A stretch of 64,000 bases of DNA from positions 189,557 through 253,556 of the forward strand of contig ADNK01000503.1 in the NCBI GenBank assembly GCA_000320545.1. The letters are read 5' to 3'. Source of the stretch: Bigelowiella natans CCMP2755 (taxonomy: Eukaryota > Protista > Cercozoa). How positions within the stretch are numbered: position 1 is the first letter of the stretch; each line of letters begins with the position of its first letter. A program made the translations under genes and the position numbers. Positions 13,057 through 27,505 of this stretch are shown piece after piece. The notes beneath the pieces are model-generated. The model saw only the letters and a program-made list of their open reading frames with translations, had not been told where the DNA came from and did not search any database.

Positions 13057-13678
13057 CGGTTTTATCACTAATTGTTCGAATTTGTCGCTCTTTGTCAGTA
13101 TTTCGGATTCTACTGGAGATTCGTCGTAATTACAGCAACGGAATCAAAACGAACCAGAATTCAGAATATACTGCAGCCACTAAATTTCAGATTTTGAAGG
13201 CTAATGAATTCGGAGAGCTCTACGAAGAGATTACTAACGGGTATCTTCTAACAACAACACATTCATAAAATGTGGTGAGGCATATCTGATGATTTTTTGC
13301 TGCTCTGATTGCGGATGTGAAATAATATAATTTGCAGGTGTGATGTGCTCTCTCATTCTGCAATCAAGAAGATAGTACTTCGGCAAAGTCGTCGTCGTCG
13401 TCGTCGACGTGATCTTCTGTGTGTTCATTCCTCATCGAACCTGTCACCAACTACCATCACGACGACAAGAGGAGGAGTAGGAGGAAGAGGAGGAGGAGGA
13501 GGAGGAGGAGGAGACAAATCTTTCGAATCTAAACATAAAGAGGTAGGAAGAATAGGGGGAGAAGGCATCGATAGAGCCAGAGAGGGGGGAGTAGTTCTTA
13601 GGATCATGAAGCAGCAGGTCTGAAGTAGCGACTCAGTGCATTATCACCATCATCCTGCATAATAATAATATGCCATCG

Positions 13679-13719
<41 letters not shown>

Positions 13720-14284
13720 TATCTTGGCATGTATGATTGTCTTGATGATATACAAAGTATTCTCTCACGCACCATAGGAATCAACAACACGCGAAGAAAA
13801 AGAAGAGGCAGGGAAAGAGCAGCTGCCGGAGGAGGAGGAGAAGGAGATGTCATCGCCATCGCTGTGCCAAATATGCTTTGATGATTCGGTGAACGTAGTG
13901 CTGACATGCGGTCATGAATTCTGCGAAGATTGCCTGAATGACTGGACAAAGAAAAGAAATCGAGAGTCAGTGTGCCCAATGTGCCGAGAGCCATTGCACG
14001 ACGGCGTCGATGATGATGATGATGATGACACAAAGAGGAATAAAAAGAAGCGGAAATGGACGTCAGAAGTAGGATGGGTGCTAGCGTCAGAGGATGATGA
14101 AATGATAAAGCTTGCTGCCTTGGCCTTGGCGAAAATATGGGATAAAGTGCTTCATTCGAACAAAGAAGTCGTCCCAGGTGCTTACTTGAGAACCTCTTGT
14201 TCCTCCTCATCTACTACTGCTACTAATAATGATAATTATAATAACAATGTAGCTACTACATCCTTCTCCTACTGCTGCTGTTAA
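12241..14284 (+). CDS. RING-HC E3 ligase (RNF141-like) with a ZZ-type zinc finger
   Basis: ATG 12241 MSLPAKRG...; exon FCDECKRMGIENDKKAFWHCAMCEYDCCGKC (ZZ-like); last exon CQICFDDSVNVVLTCGHEFCEDCLNDW..VCPMCR (C3HC4). Confidence 0.8.
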
Positions 14285-14989
14285 TACTTGCCTACCTAAA
14301 TGCTAATGCTTGCCACTACAAATGCTGCTTTAAAAGGAAGTAGTAGCAGTAGTAGTCGTACTCTAATTAGCAGCCTCTGAATAATAACATTTATTGTTTT
14401 CCTCTGCTATGATACTGCCCTGTTTTCTACCGTTCATTCTTGCTTGCAAAGTCATCTATTCACCAGTATAATTATTCACCTGATCTGTCCTACAATTATC
14501 TCTTTTTAGCTTCCGCGATTTCAGTGTTCGGAGAGAGTATGACAATCATAACAGCGGGGAACGTGGACGAAGTCTGCAGGAGAATATCTGTCACGAGATT
14601 GAATTCTATCTTTACGTAGTGAAAACAACAACAACAACAACAAATGAATTGCTCTCATTATATTCTCGCCTCATCCACATACTACCGTCTATAAATCATC
14701 TTTGAATTAGAGAAGTGAAGATAGATCAAAGGATAGATCGTAAAATGTAAGTCATATATTGTAGCTGTTCTTGTCATGACTATTAGTATTATTATTATCA
14801 TTGTACTATGTTGATTTGTTTGAAATTGAAACCTATTCGCACAGATATATTTTCAATCCTAACCAAAAATAATAAAATGTAAACTGTTCCTCAAAGAAGT
14901 AGTCTTCGATGATGGCATGGAGGCGAATGATAAATCGAAGTATTTTGCATGTGCATTCGCCTGTACCTTTATCATGCAGATTTTTGCTG

Positions 14990-15170
14990 ACAGTCAGCTA
15001 ACATGCAATGCTATAGCTACGATCTAGCGATGCGCTTAGATGCATACAAGTGCAAGAATCCAAAGCAAAGCTAGAAAGTGCAGCGCTTTGAGAGCTCTAG
15101 AGCTGCTAGAGCGGGCCAGCTAGCCAGCAATATCTAGACATTGCATGTCGTCATTGCAGGCTCTAACTAA
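14990..15170. repeat. CTAG-rich intergenic element at a convergent junction
   Basis: Dense CTAG/TGCA/CATG. TCTAGACATTGCATGT at about 15133 resembles the reverse complement of ACATGTCAATGTCTAGA at about 48895. Confidence 0.5.
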
Positions 15171-15404
15171 CAGGCAATGTTGTTGCTTGTTGTTGGTATC
15201 ACGTGGCTGCCACAATTACCGAATGTGGAAGGAAAAACCTCTTATCAGTAGAATTGGTCTTTGATTCTTATCAATTCCAACGTAACATCATTTTCGGATT
15301 TGCGATATCGAAACTAAACCAAATAATGGGATACAATTCTTGCACATATATATGTTATCGTTCCATGCAGTAGCAGTTTCTTCCTGACGAAGCACAAGCC
15401 TACT

Positions 15405-17199
15405 CTACTCCTTTGATGCTGGGACATGAATCTCTCTTCCCCATTTTTCCACATTAGTCCAATTGTCAAATGTTCGAGGTGGAAGAACTGCCACAGAAGT
15501 AACCTCCGATTTTCGTGGTTCGCTAATATCAGCTCTAATTTGGTTGTAGCGGATGCGAACGACGTCCCCAAATCTGATTACCATCATATCAGAGAATCAA
15601 AAGTTACGTTGATATCTGTGCGCTTTTATGTGTGTCATGTGTAACATATATTTACATGAAGTCATATATAACTTATGTATCTAACAACGCAACTCTCTCC
15701 ATAAATACAGACTGCTTTTTGTGTAATTATCGGTGATATGTGTTATACATCTATGTTGTCGTCGTCGTCGATATGTTTGCTTCATTTATGAAAAAGAGGA
15801 AGTAAATATCAAACTTGTATATTATTCGATATGCAGGGATTAGCAGGTATACAGATGACCCTGAGACAAATTCTTCCGCACTGATTTTCCCATCACCATC
15901 ATGATCGAGACGGCTGACAAGTAGCGCAACGGTCTTTTCATCCTCAGGATTAGGAAGGGACTCCAACGCATACTTCAACAGCACTTCAGCATTTGTCTGC
16001 GCCAGTAAATGAATACATTACCGTTTTTATAGTAATTAATAATTATACTAATTGCACCATAATTCTAATACTATGATGATGATCATTCCTCTCGTCATTG
16101 CTTTCGTCATTGTCGTCGTCTCTCAAGATATAAAATACTTAACCCTCTTATTGTTGTTCACCTCTGAATCCTCTCTGATACCGAAAACTTCGCGTACGTT
16201 TGCTTTTGGAAGTTCTTCGTTGAGTCTGATATGATGGTGGAGATGACGATAATGGTAGTGGTGGTGATGATGATGATGATATTGCCGGAGCAATAGCTCA
16301 AGTGAGTGCATGGTTGAACACCAAAGTATATGGACGATGGAAAACATGGGAAAGAAAGAAAATGAAGAAGAGGAGGCGTAAATAAATCTCCTTTATTTTA
16401 TTCCCTCCATTGGTGCAACACCTTCCAACAAAATCTTCCAGCAAATTTGTGATTTCGTCAATATCCAAATATCCGTTCTTGTCCACGTCATAGGTTTCAA
16501 ACATAGAATGTAAATCCTAATTAAGTGGTAATGGTAGACAGGTATCACACAAATGTTGGCCAATAAGGAGGGGGGGGAGGGGGAATGGTGGAGGAGATAT
16601 CCTACTCTCCGCCTTCTTCTTCTAGCTCTTCTTTCACTTACTACTACTAGAGTAGTCGTAGTACTTACTACCTGGTAGGTTAGCTTGACGAGCTCTGTGA
16701 TTGTTCTCTCTGCGAATGGATTGCTTTGGAAATCGTCTGCCTCTCCTGTAAACGTGATGCATATAAGAAGATGTAACCAAAAAACATGCACGTATTGTCG
16801 AGTTAATCAACATGATCATTATTTACATTCCTATGCAGCTGCAGGAGGAGCAGCTGCAGGAGCAGTAGCAGCAGCAGCCACACATCCTCCCCCTCCCCTA
16901 CATACGCGCGCACGCACCGCTTCTACCACGATTTACTACTATTATTGCCTCACCGAAGTCCGCAAATCCGAAAGCAAATTCGTCCAGTGAGTCAAGTACA
17001 CGCCAAGGACCCTCAGAAAGAAGACGACTATACCTATTATTATTATTGCCATCGTGTCATCGTTATCATCATCATCATCATCATCATCATTATCATCATC
17101 ATCACGAACAAACGCTAACATAACATGAATGAGCTAGTAGATACCACGATGACCAGCTGAATTTTGTGCTTGTGATGCGAGGCATATCAATGATACAGA

Positions 17200-17241
<42 letters not shown>

Positions 17242-17705
17242 TGTGTGTGTGTGTGTGTGTGTGTTGTATAACGATACATGCGCCAGCAGCCCATTGTTCG
17301 AAGGGTAGTAGATCGACATCATGCGAATCTTCATATCGTATATTAAAGCAGTAACAATACCAAGCTTGCACTTTCCCTGGAAAGCTCCGCATCTTCTTCA
17401 CCTCTTTCGCACCGAAAGCTGCCTCCATAAACTAATATTTGTTGAATCGTATATAATTATTAATGATCCTATGCCTGGGAGAGTGAGAGGGTGAATACTC
17501 AGTATGCGTGTGAACTCTGGCACTTACTTACGAGTGATGTGGTAGTCAGTCACTCAAGTCATAATTCATGCATTTGTTCTCTCACCATGACTATGATGGC
17601 TTACATAAAGTAAAGATTCTGTGTCACTATAAAACCCCTCCTCCTCCTAAGAATCTTGGTGTCGTAGGTGTTCGTTGTCGTCGTCAGTCGTAAGTCAGAA
17701 AAATG

Positions 17706-17738
<33 letters not shown>

Positions 17739-18043
17739 AGTAGTAGTAGTGAAGTCACACACAGGGAGAACGTCCCTTTGAGACAACGCTTGCTGTGCTA
17801 GAGGCTGCAGAGTTTCCTATCACATGATGATGATGATGAGCGCGTATTATGTGTCAAAGCAATATAAGCAAACAATGGTAGAATGATAGTAATTATAATG
17901 CATGTAGCAACGACAGCAACCACAGCCACCCAACTACCACTAAAATGATTACGGGATAATATATAGCTACCCCACAAGGGCTGCTGCTGTTGAGTTCTAA
18001 CATAAAGAGACTGCATCAAAACATAAACTAGTGTTTACTACTT

Positions 18044-18076
<33 letters not shown>

Positions 18077-20047
18077 TTCTCAGTAGGCGATATCATCATT
18101 ACGAAGGCTTATTTACTACTACTACTACTACTATTCCTAATACTACTACCATATAGCTTACCTTAAGGGGGTCTTTGATTTTAATAGGAGCACCAAAATC
18201 ATCCACTCCAGCCATGTATCGAATCCATCCTTGCAATAGCCGATCATCGATGGGAAGAACCAAGTTTGTGAAATAAGGCGAAAATAATGGTGAGCAGGAG
18301 AAGTATAGACTCCAACAAAAGCGCAGTAAGTAGCACCAGTAGGGACAGTCAGCAGCACAGCTACAGCGGCATGTATATGGATATCAGTGGAAGTAGTTGT
18401 TGCTGAATTTAGTCTCTCATGGATATCAGTAGAAGTAAGAAAGAAAGTAAACTACAGCAAGATGAAGTAGCTAAAATTTATGACGACGATGACGATGATG
18501 ATGACGACGACACCACTAGCGAAAACAAATTAGAGTAGCGATAAGTAAATCTTCAACAATATCTATTATAACTAATTTCTACCAGCAACTGCTAAAGCTA
18601 GCATATGGGAGGCTTTTCCAGTCTTTGTCTTCTCTCTAATGACAGGAATCATCGTCGTCTGCAGTTTTGTAGACCCATCTTCGGCAAGTCTTTGCACTTG
18701 ATCTTTGATGTTCGGATTCGAAAAACGCTCCATAAGGACTCCTTGATACCTTGAAGAAGAAGAAAAAGAAGAGAAGAAGGTAGTAATGTGGTAATAAGCT
18801 AAAATTAAGGACGTGTATGTGCATGTATGTATGTGTGTTACGTATGTATGTGATACTAGTACCATGGTAAATCGACTCCGGGGACCTTAGGCACAGTTTG
18901 AGCTACCTCTGCAAGATACAGCTTTACGAAATCATGTACGTCCGGAGCAGCCAGGGCGTGATCGACTGAGTGATGTTTATGAGGATGGATGATAATAATG
19001 ATGATGCTGGAGGAGGAAGATGAAAAGATAGTGATACTTATAATTAACGAATATATAATAATAACGACTACTAACAAATACTTATTAAACAGAAAGTACA
19101 ATAGCCTTTATTTCAGCTATAGTAGTGGTAAAAATAGTAGATTGTTCGCAGCAAACCCTGGATAAATAATCATGTAACTTGCAAAAACGTGGAAGAAGTA
19201 TGATGACAAAGATCATCAGTAGAACAAACGGGGACTGAAGACACCATGTGAGAGGAAAGGATTTAGTGTTTTACCATCACGATATCCGCAAAGATATGAC
19301 AAATAAGACAGGGCAGAGTGAGCTCCATTCAACATGCGCACCTTTCATCAAAACAAAATTGTAACAGTACATCACTAAACGTCGTAATGACGAGAGAAAA
19401 AGGATTTAGGGTAAATACGACATATATCTAATCTAATCATAATGAGAAGGATTAGGAAGCAAGCTGCAACGATGTGACGGATGAATTTAATGGAATATCA
19501 TATCATTATCATCATTATCATTATCATCGTTATGATATTAATCCGTGTCGGAGCAATACCATTGAACGATGAGATAGTGGAAAGATGATCATTATCAACG
19601 TCATTATCGTCTCATCCTCATCATATATCATAACATATGCATGCTATTGATACAGACCCTAATTTTATTATTGCTGCTACTATTAATAGTATCAGTACTT
19701 GTGTACCTTCATCTTTTCATAAGGCATGACGTCATCGACAACCAAAATACCATCAACAACTTCCCTATGAGTGGTAGTAGTAGCATTAGCAAAAAGAAAG
19801 CACCATTATCAAGATGCTGGCGTGCGATCAAACAGAATCAGGTAAGATCGAAGAAGGAATAAAGATGAGATGGACGCGAACGAACTACGTATTTTAGTGG
19901 TATTACCAGTACGGCCTTCCATTACAGAATTTGTCTTCTACTACCCACTGTGCGAATTCTTCAGAAATAATCGGAGCTTCTGCTGTAGCAGTTTGCGGTG
20001 TAATTCGATCGACCTATGACGATGTGGTGGAAGATGATGAGGTCACC

Positions 20048-20087
<40 letters not shown>

Positions 20088-20566
20088 AGGATAACTAATG
20101 GCGACGAGGAGGAGGGGGGAGGCCAACTTATCAATTCATGATATTTGGTGTAAAGCATATTTATGTCTAGATACGATCTACTACTCATCCAAACGACGCA
20201 CCATAGAATTCGGAAAGGTGACATTTTCACCTATCCATTCACGCAAGCTTGGGTCTAATAGCTCTGCAAACTGAGTCTAATGCCATGTGTTACATCGCAT
20301 AACGTCATATCACACAAAACAATAATTATCATTATAATCTTTAAACAAAATGCATTATTATTACTATTATTATTATTGTTATTGTTATGTGCGCACTCGT
20401 GCTGCCATGTTCAAAATGTACTACCACTGCGTTTTCAGTAACGTGTCCATTTCCAGGAAGGTTATCACAGCTCATGATCGTAATGGGGGGCATGCCTGTA
20501 AAATAAGCAATTATGGAGTAAGCATGTCTTCTTGGACCTTTTTACTCTGCGATAACACTATAGTTT

Positions 20567-20620
<54 letters not shown>

Positions 20621-21337
20621 AGAGAGAGGGAGAAGAGTTATTAATTCTTTCCATTAACCTGTATCTCTCCTTGTCTTCAGGGCCGAACAAATGAGTCTAA
20701 TTGTAAGGTGTAGCAGGAAGATAATAGAGACAAAGAACGTGTCAGTCCATAGTATAATGATCGACGAAATAGGGACATATCTGCTGCTTCAGTTTTGCAT
20801 AGAGCTCTTTGAAACATTAATTATTTGTTTAATAAGATGCTGTGTATCAAACCCGATTGCAGATTTGGGCTCCGAGATATTCTCGAGATCATGCTTGATC
20901 TCGGGATTATCAACCATTAAGTCACCGGTGTTCACATCGCAACAGTACCTTAGAACATACAACCACGTAACCATACATTTGAAGGTGGGGGAAAACTCAT
21001 GATGATGATGATGATGATGAGGATGATGATAAATGTGATATCACCCGAGGAAAAGATACAAATGATTCTTACATACACGCATGAGAGTAAAAGCAGCTTT
21101 CTGTACTACTGCTGCTGAACTATTACCAAGGCAGAGGTGTATTGTGTATTGAATATTACCCCTTTTCAGTGATTGTTAATGAGCAGATTCGAGTAGTGGG
21201 AAGACATAATTGCTTTACGGCCGCCACAGGATCCTCGCCCTATCGATGTTGTTGAAGAGGAGGGTTTAACTATTTGAAAGTCTTTACATCACCTCTTCTG
21301 AAAGATTATTAAGCTTTCGAAAAAGCATAAACACACG

Positions 21338-21412
<75 letters not shown>

Positions 21413-22084
21413 TGTACAGGGAAATAACTATTTCCCGTTCGATACAGATTTGATAGTCCTTGTCTCATGATAAAACGATCAAATATTTGGTTTCACTCGC
21501 ATCGTCTCATGCACAATGTAGGGCACCATTTTTGGTTGATAAGCATCAGTGTATTATTTTACCATGTTAACCAAATTTCGAATAGAAGAGATATGCAATT
21601 CATTCTTCGAGTCGCTTGACTTTGTGATAAGATCGTAAGTGAAATCAGATTTCTTCAGGAACCTGATCAAGATACGGTTAGGGAGACATTAAAATAGTAT
21701 ATCTAGTTTGAGCTCAACAAGTCAAATAAGAACTTATTTTCCTAGCAGCTATTGACTAACTCTTGTGTTTCTCGTGTCCTTGGATTGTCGCGGTCAACCG
21801 CACAGATTCCCCATTCGCTCGGGCCAAGTTTCTCTATGTGTGGAATATGATGATGATGATGGTGATGATGATGGAACTCAAAATAATGATGAGGAGAAGA
21901 GAGAGAAGTAGGACGATAGAGATGACGATATTCAACTTTATCCTGTCTAAGGGTGTATGAATATTCAACCATTATAATTATGGGTGAAATAAGCAAGATG
22001 TGCTTTGGAGAAGTTGCCCAGTCCAATGTGTACAATAGCCTGTCCGAGCATTGGACCCATACTCTTTCTTGAAGCAGAAGCCAT
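15405..22084 (-). CDS. Long-chain mannitol dehydrogenase family enzyme with C-terminal EF-hand pair
   Basis: IVHIGLGNFSKAH; WGICAV; SLTITEKG|Y; IMSCDNLPGNG; FPNSM|VDRITP; YEKMK|VRMLNGAHS; ERFSNPNIKDQVQRLAEDGSTKL; WIRYMAGVD. It continues in frame to the loops DVDKNGYLDIDE and DHDGDGKISAEE. Stop at 15405-15407. Confidence 0.9.
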
Positions 22085-22853
22085 TGCAGAATATTTGAGA
22101 AGTAGAAGTCACTGTATAATTTCCTAAAGCGCGTGTGGGTACATGCGAGGACAATGATACTATTAAACAAGGTTACACAACTTTGAAGGTGCTAAATTGA
22201 ACAAACGAAAGACAGTTCGCAGTTACAAGTACTTATAGCGCCGGCAAATGCGAAAGCATTCACCACCCCTGTGTTTTATGGATTCTCCGTTCCCACCCCT
22301 ACCTCCTTGTAGATACTCTTCTCAAACTTGGGTATTCGTTCGAGTAATATTAAGGAAGGAGTGTGAAACCCGAGAAGGAAGCTTGGAGCACTTTTTGCGA
22401 AACGCCTCACGGATTTTGTCTACGACATAGAATTACACTCATTCTGCTTAGAAACTGGTCTCTAAACGGACCGGTTTCTGACAGTATGTTGTGCTCACAT
22501 TACATAACTCAAGCACTCAAGCTGATCTCCTAGACATCTGTTATTTTTGGAGCCAAAATCCCAAATTTTGTGATTGACTCAAACATTGTATTCCCTTATG
22601 CGACAATACTTAAATGATGTCGCTAATGGAAATATTACATGATTAGTGACCATTTTCCTGTTTTTCGATTCAAAGCCATACCAAAGTTAAGTGACAAATA
22701 CTCGAATGATGAATTTCGAAAGTGATTTTTGACTCGTTGATGAAATGAAATGAAATTCCTCACGAAGTCCAGTCTCACAACATTTTCTCAGAGTTTTTTT
22801 CATATCGGACCCGCATTCTTTCTCATTTCTCATTTTCTCCAGCGGGAATGATA

Positions 22854-24319
22854 ATGGGGTGTGTCTGCTGTTGCTCCAGAACTTCAGACCTCCTGGAAAC
22901 TCGATTTTCTGTAGATGCCAGTCCAGCTGAGGTACTTTTAACTTGAATCTGAAAGAGCGATGGTAGATTGATAGGATGATTTGATGGTCTCTTTTTAGGT
23001 TGCGGCATACCTGAGAAGACCCAATTCATGGCTGAGAGTTATTTTCCAGGATGATGGGATGATCCATAATGATATTAAGGGGAAGTTGACACTCAGAAGC
23101 AAGTTAGTTTCAGTTGAGATGAGAATCTCGGACAGACAAGCCAACTCAATAACAGTGTTATCATCGCGGAGGATCTACCTGAGAAAGAATCTCTTCATTG
23201 AGTTATCATATCAGGATGAATGGATATTCAAAGTTGATGGAAAAAGAAGCGATGTGAATCGTTCCATTACCAGCTTTCAAGTATCATTATCACCGTCATC
23301 ATCGTCGAAGATTCTCGTCTGTTTGTTGAAGCCGTGGGTGCTAATATATCCATGGGCATGGGACTTACAAAAAACATGCAGAAATGAGAATGAAAACTTG
23401 CGGCAAGTATTTGCTGAGTCTGACAGTAAGTATGATGATCTCAATGATGACGACGACGGGAAGAAGTACATCATTGATCCCTTGAGCAAATGGATGGTCA
23501 ATATGATCAATCTACTGCATCGTGTCATTATCAAGATCTTCATAATGCTGCCTTTTAAATTGTTTTGGGATATATTTGGTGCATCTGCGAGTCGTAATCA
23601 CCATTTACAACAAACAAATGCTGCTGCTGCTGCTGCTCTCCGAAGTGGTTCGCTGATTCAACCGACAGACCAAGATGAGAAGAATGCTGCCTCCGTTATT
23701 CCTGAGGGTGATAGAAAATCGGTGGGTGATACCGGGCAGATGGACAAGAAAAATGCCATGAAGAATGGGGAAAAACAGGAACGTACTCCTACTCCTCGAA
23801 AGCATTATCCTTCCCGACCTCCTAGGAAAGTTTATCCAAAAGGGAGGGGGGGCAAGAGTAACGGAGACAGCGATGATGATGATAGAAGGCAACCGGAGAA
23901 GAAGAAAGGGAAGAAGAAGAAGAAGAAGGAGAAGGGTAACGAACAGCGGCGAATTCCTAAGCAAAGTCCAACTAAATTCGTTGATTCTATCGACCTGGTA
24001 CAAGAAACTCTGTGTTGCCTGCTTTGTGCCTGTACATCAACCACATAAAACGACGACGATGATGATGATGATGATTTAGAGTGGTGATGATAATTGGAGA
24101 GCGAATGGTAGAGCTTATAAATAAGTCGTTGCTGTCAACCTTAAAATCGATATATTAGTGGTGGTTTCTTCTTCTTTTTCTTTCTCTTTCTCTTACGTTA
24201 AACTATAAGTGCCACTATGATTGATATTGACGTCCTCCTCTCCGTGTTACATTATCGTTGATACTTGTACTAACTTAGGACACCGCCATAGAGCAAAAGA
24301 CTACATACCGACAACAACT

Positions 24320-24351
<32 letters not shown>

Positions 24352-24570
24352 AACAAAGAAGCACTCCAAAACGGTCAGATGTTCACTTGGAAGAAGAAAA
24401 TAGCGGGTCAACAGCAGAAACTACTACTGGTATAGGCGGAAGATTGTTGCAGCGCCTTCCAGCAGCAATAAACGAGAATTCTAACGAAGAAGTCATTCAT
24501 AGGTTGTCATTCGGTGTAGTGGTGGTTTGGTGTGGTGTGATGCGGCGCGTGATGCTTCAAACTATTGCAT

Positions 24571-24605
<35 letters not shown>

Positions 24606-24956
24606 GTGACTATGATTATGCTAGCATTCAGCATGATATTGCTTGTTGTGCGCTCTCCTATTTTATCATCATATCGTCGTCTTTGTCTTCATCGTCATCG
24701 TATTGTCACCGCCTGGAACAAAATACAACTGATTGCTGCCACCACTACGTGTCTATGCGTTGTCGTCATTTTTGTTCTTCTTGTTGTTGTTATCGTTCTT
24801 CCTTGTAGGGTACACCAAGAGCGCAAATATGACGAAGAAGATGCAGAGCAACTGCCTGCTAATTTCAATGTGGATTATGAATCCAATCAAACTCCAACTA
24901 CAACACGAATCTTCTCCCCCCTAGATGCCGCTGCCAAGCTGCACTTTGATAAGTGA
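22854..24956 (+). CDS. Hypothetical protein with N-terminal MGCVCCCS acylation motif, SRPBCC/START-like domain and low-complexity tail
   Basis: MGCVCCCSRTSDLLETRFSVDASPAE|VAAYLRRPNSWLRVIFQDDG splices in frame into ORF 23059-24048. Later exons run to TGA 24956. Confidence 0.5.
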
Positions 24957-25329
24957 GGAGAGCGCATGCTGCCATTGATGATTCATAAATGACGAGAGAT
25001 TGGAGATGATATCATTTCTTTGCTTCGAGACAATATGTGTGTATATATATTATGATTATTATGTATAAAGATGGTAATGATGATAATGACTACGACGAGA
25101 GTCATATCACGAGTGAAATAAGTGTGATTTGAGATTGGTGATGTGGTTGCGTAATTAACAGTGACAGAAGGAATAGGGAAGTAATCAACATTGAGAACAA
25201 AAAGCGTGAGGAAAAATTTCGTGAGGAACTATCTACACTCGACAAGTATCATGATCTCATATATTATTTTTATTAGTAGTAGTAGAAGTGGTAGCTACAA
25301 ATAAGGGTGGTAGTGGGTGGGAGGAATAT

Positions 25330-26965
25330 GCGCGGCATATCGATTGCGAGTACATGAGTCACAGACACCAGCACCCATCCACACACCAGAGAAATAATGA
25401 ATGAACAAACGACTGATATCGTACTCATTCATCGTCATTACCATTTGTTGTTGTTTTTGTCTCCATACTTACCACCGTTACTACTGCTGGTGACCTTTCT
25501 TCACTCTTCTTAATGGCTGTTAAGGGAGGTAGAACGACTAGAACAACAAGAAATAGAACTAAAGGAGAGACTACAGAAAGAAAAAGAAAGACAAATGAGA
25601 GAAGCTGCTGCAGCTGCTGAAAGAGCAAAATTAGCGGCGGAACGAAAAAAAGCTGAGGATGAGAAAAAGAAAGAGCATCATAGGAAGGCTTTATCAGGTA
25701 GAATTAGTTGTAGTAGCAGTGGTGATGGAGGAGGAGGAGAATAATCAGTGATGTCATTATTTGACTGCACTATAGTCTCATTCTGAATACGTCGTTTTGT
25801 ATTTTAGGTGAGAAGCAGCATCCATTAAAAGGTAGGTAGTCGTGTTTAATGATGGTGATGATGTGTTACAACTGAAATGATGGGGGAAATTAATAATAAT
25901 AATAATAATAATAATACTGAGTATTATCTCGTTATTCTCACGACTCGTGATTTAAGTCAATTATTTCCGTATTATTACTAATTATCTACAGCTCAAGGTG
26001 AAAAATTCTTTAAGGAAGAAAGGAAAGCAGCTTTAGCCCGGTAGAAGGAGAGACTTTATATCTTTAGATGATAGCAGCAACCAGCATTAACTTGAAACTA
26101 GTTGCATTCATAGAAAGAAGAAGAAGAAGAGACAGCCTTAGATGTAGTATCCAACATAAGGAGTACACTTCTTCCAAAGATCTCTATCATGATCTGCAAA
26201 GGACCTTATATGAATACCCCCTGACTTTGCTCATACTGCTACTGCCACTGCTACCACTATTACCTCAAATGGAGGAGAGATGTTTTATCGATAAATGATT
26301 CTTCTTCTCCTTCGATGATATTTTTAGTTATGAAAAATTAAAGAAAGTTAAGGCAGATTTTGAAAGAAGATACGATAGGTAAGCTCTTTCTTCCTCCTGT
26401 AGTATGGTGTCATGTGGATGCAACGCACCTTGTTTTGGCTATTTAATATATACATCATCACAATCGCTTCTCATACAACGCAAACCGACCTACTCCGCCA
26501 TAGTACAACTACTGCATTTCTCCCCCCAACTTCTTCTTCTTCTTCTTCTTCTTCTTTTTCTTCTTCTTCTCTTCCTAATTATCAGCATCATCATCATCAT
26601 CATCATCATTCTTCTTCTTTTTGTAGAGCCTATTCACCTCACTTTTTTTCCTCTCCCTCAATACCAACTGCTATCACTGCAATATGATGATAATGATGAT
26701 GATGATGATGATTACGACGATGACGATGATGACTTACGATAATTTGATAATAATGATATTAGTAAACAAGAGTTTAAAAGATTCAAGAACGGCTTCAAGC
26801 TTGATAATCTATGCGAGACATTGGAAACTTCTGCCGCTATTGCGGGGAACATTATCAATGTGAGCTGCTTCCTTCAATTACTACTACTACTACTACTACT
26901 ACTCTACTACTTTTTTTATGATAGTGCTTTGCATACCTGTATGTGTATCTTTCTCGCTTTGCATG

Positions 26966-26996
<31 letters not shown>

Positions 26997-27464
26997 CGTG
27001 TAGTCATATGTCCCTCTCCAGATTATTTTCCTTGTTTGTCCATGGTGAATCTAATTGAGTGGTTTTGTGGTTTTGTGTGGTTTTGTGTGTGTGTGTGTGT
27101 GTGTTCCTTTATTGCTCTCGCAGAATACCATGGTGGGTTTGAATAGGGCAGAGTTTTTTGGAGCAGAATTTAAAGATTACATGGCAGCATTACTAGCGTG
27201 CAGAGTGGGGCGCTATGTTCGCGACAAAAAACCAAAATGGAGCAAGTTGTGCTACCTTGCTGTGACCATTGCCCTTGTTACTGAGGAGGTGAACAATTAG
27301 AAGAAGTAGAAGAAGAAGAAGACAAATGTAGAAATGGAAAGAACAACGACAATAACAATAGCGATAGTGATCATGGATGATGATGATGATGATGATAATC
27401 ATGGTGCTGCAATATGACGGATATAAACACATAAAAATGACGTTTACTTACGTACATTCAATCT

Positions 27465-27505
<41 letters not shown>

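Noticed and set aside
18158-18358. Apparent extra membrane domain within the dehydrogenase
   Set aside because: Wrong frame; the true exon reads WIRYMAGVDDFGAPIKIKDPLK.
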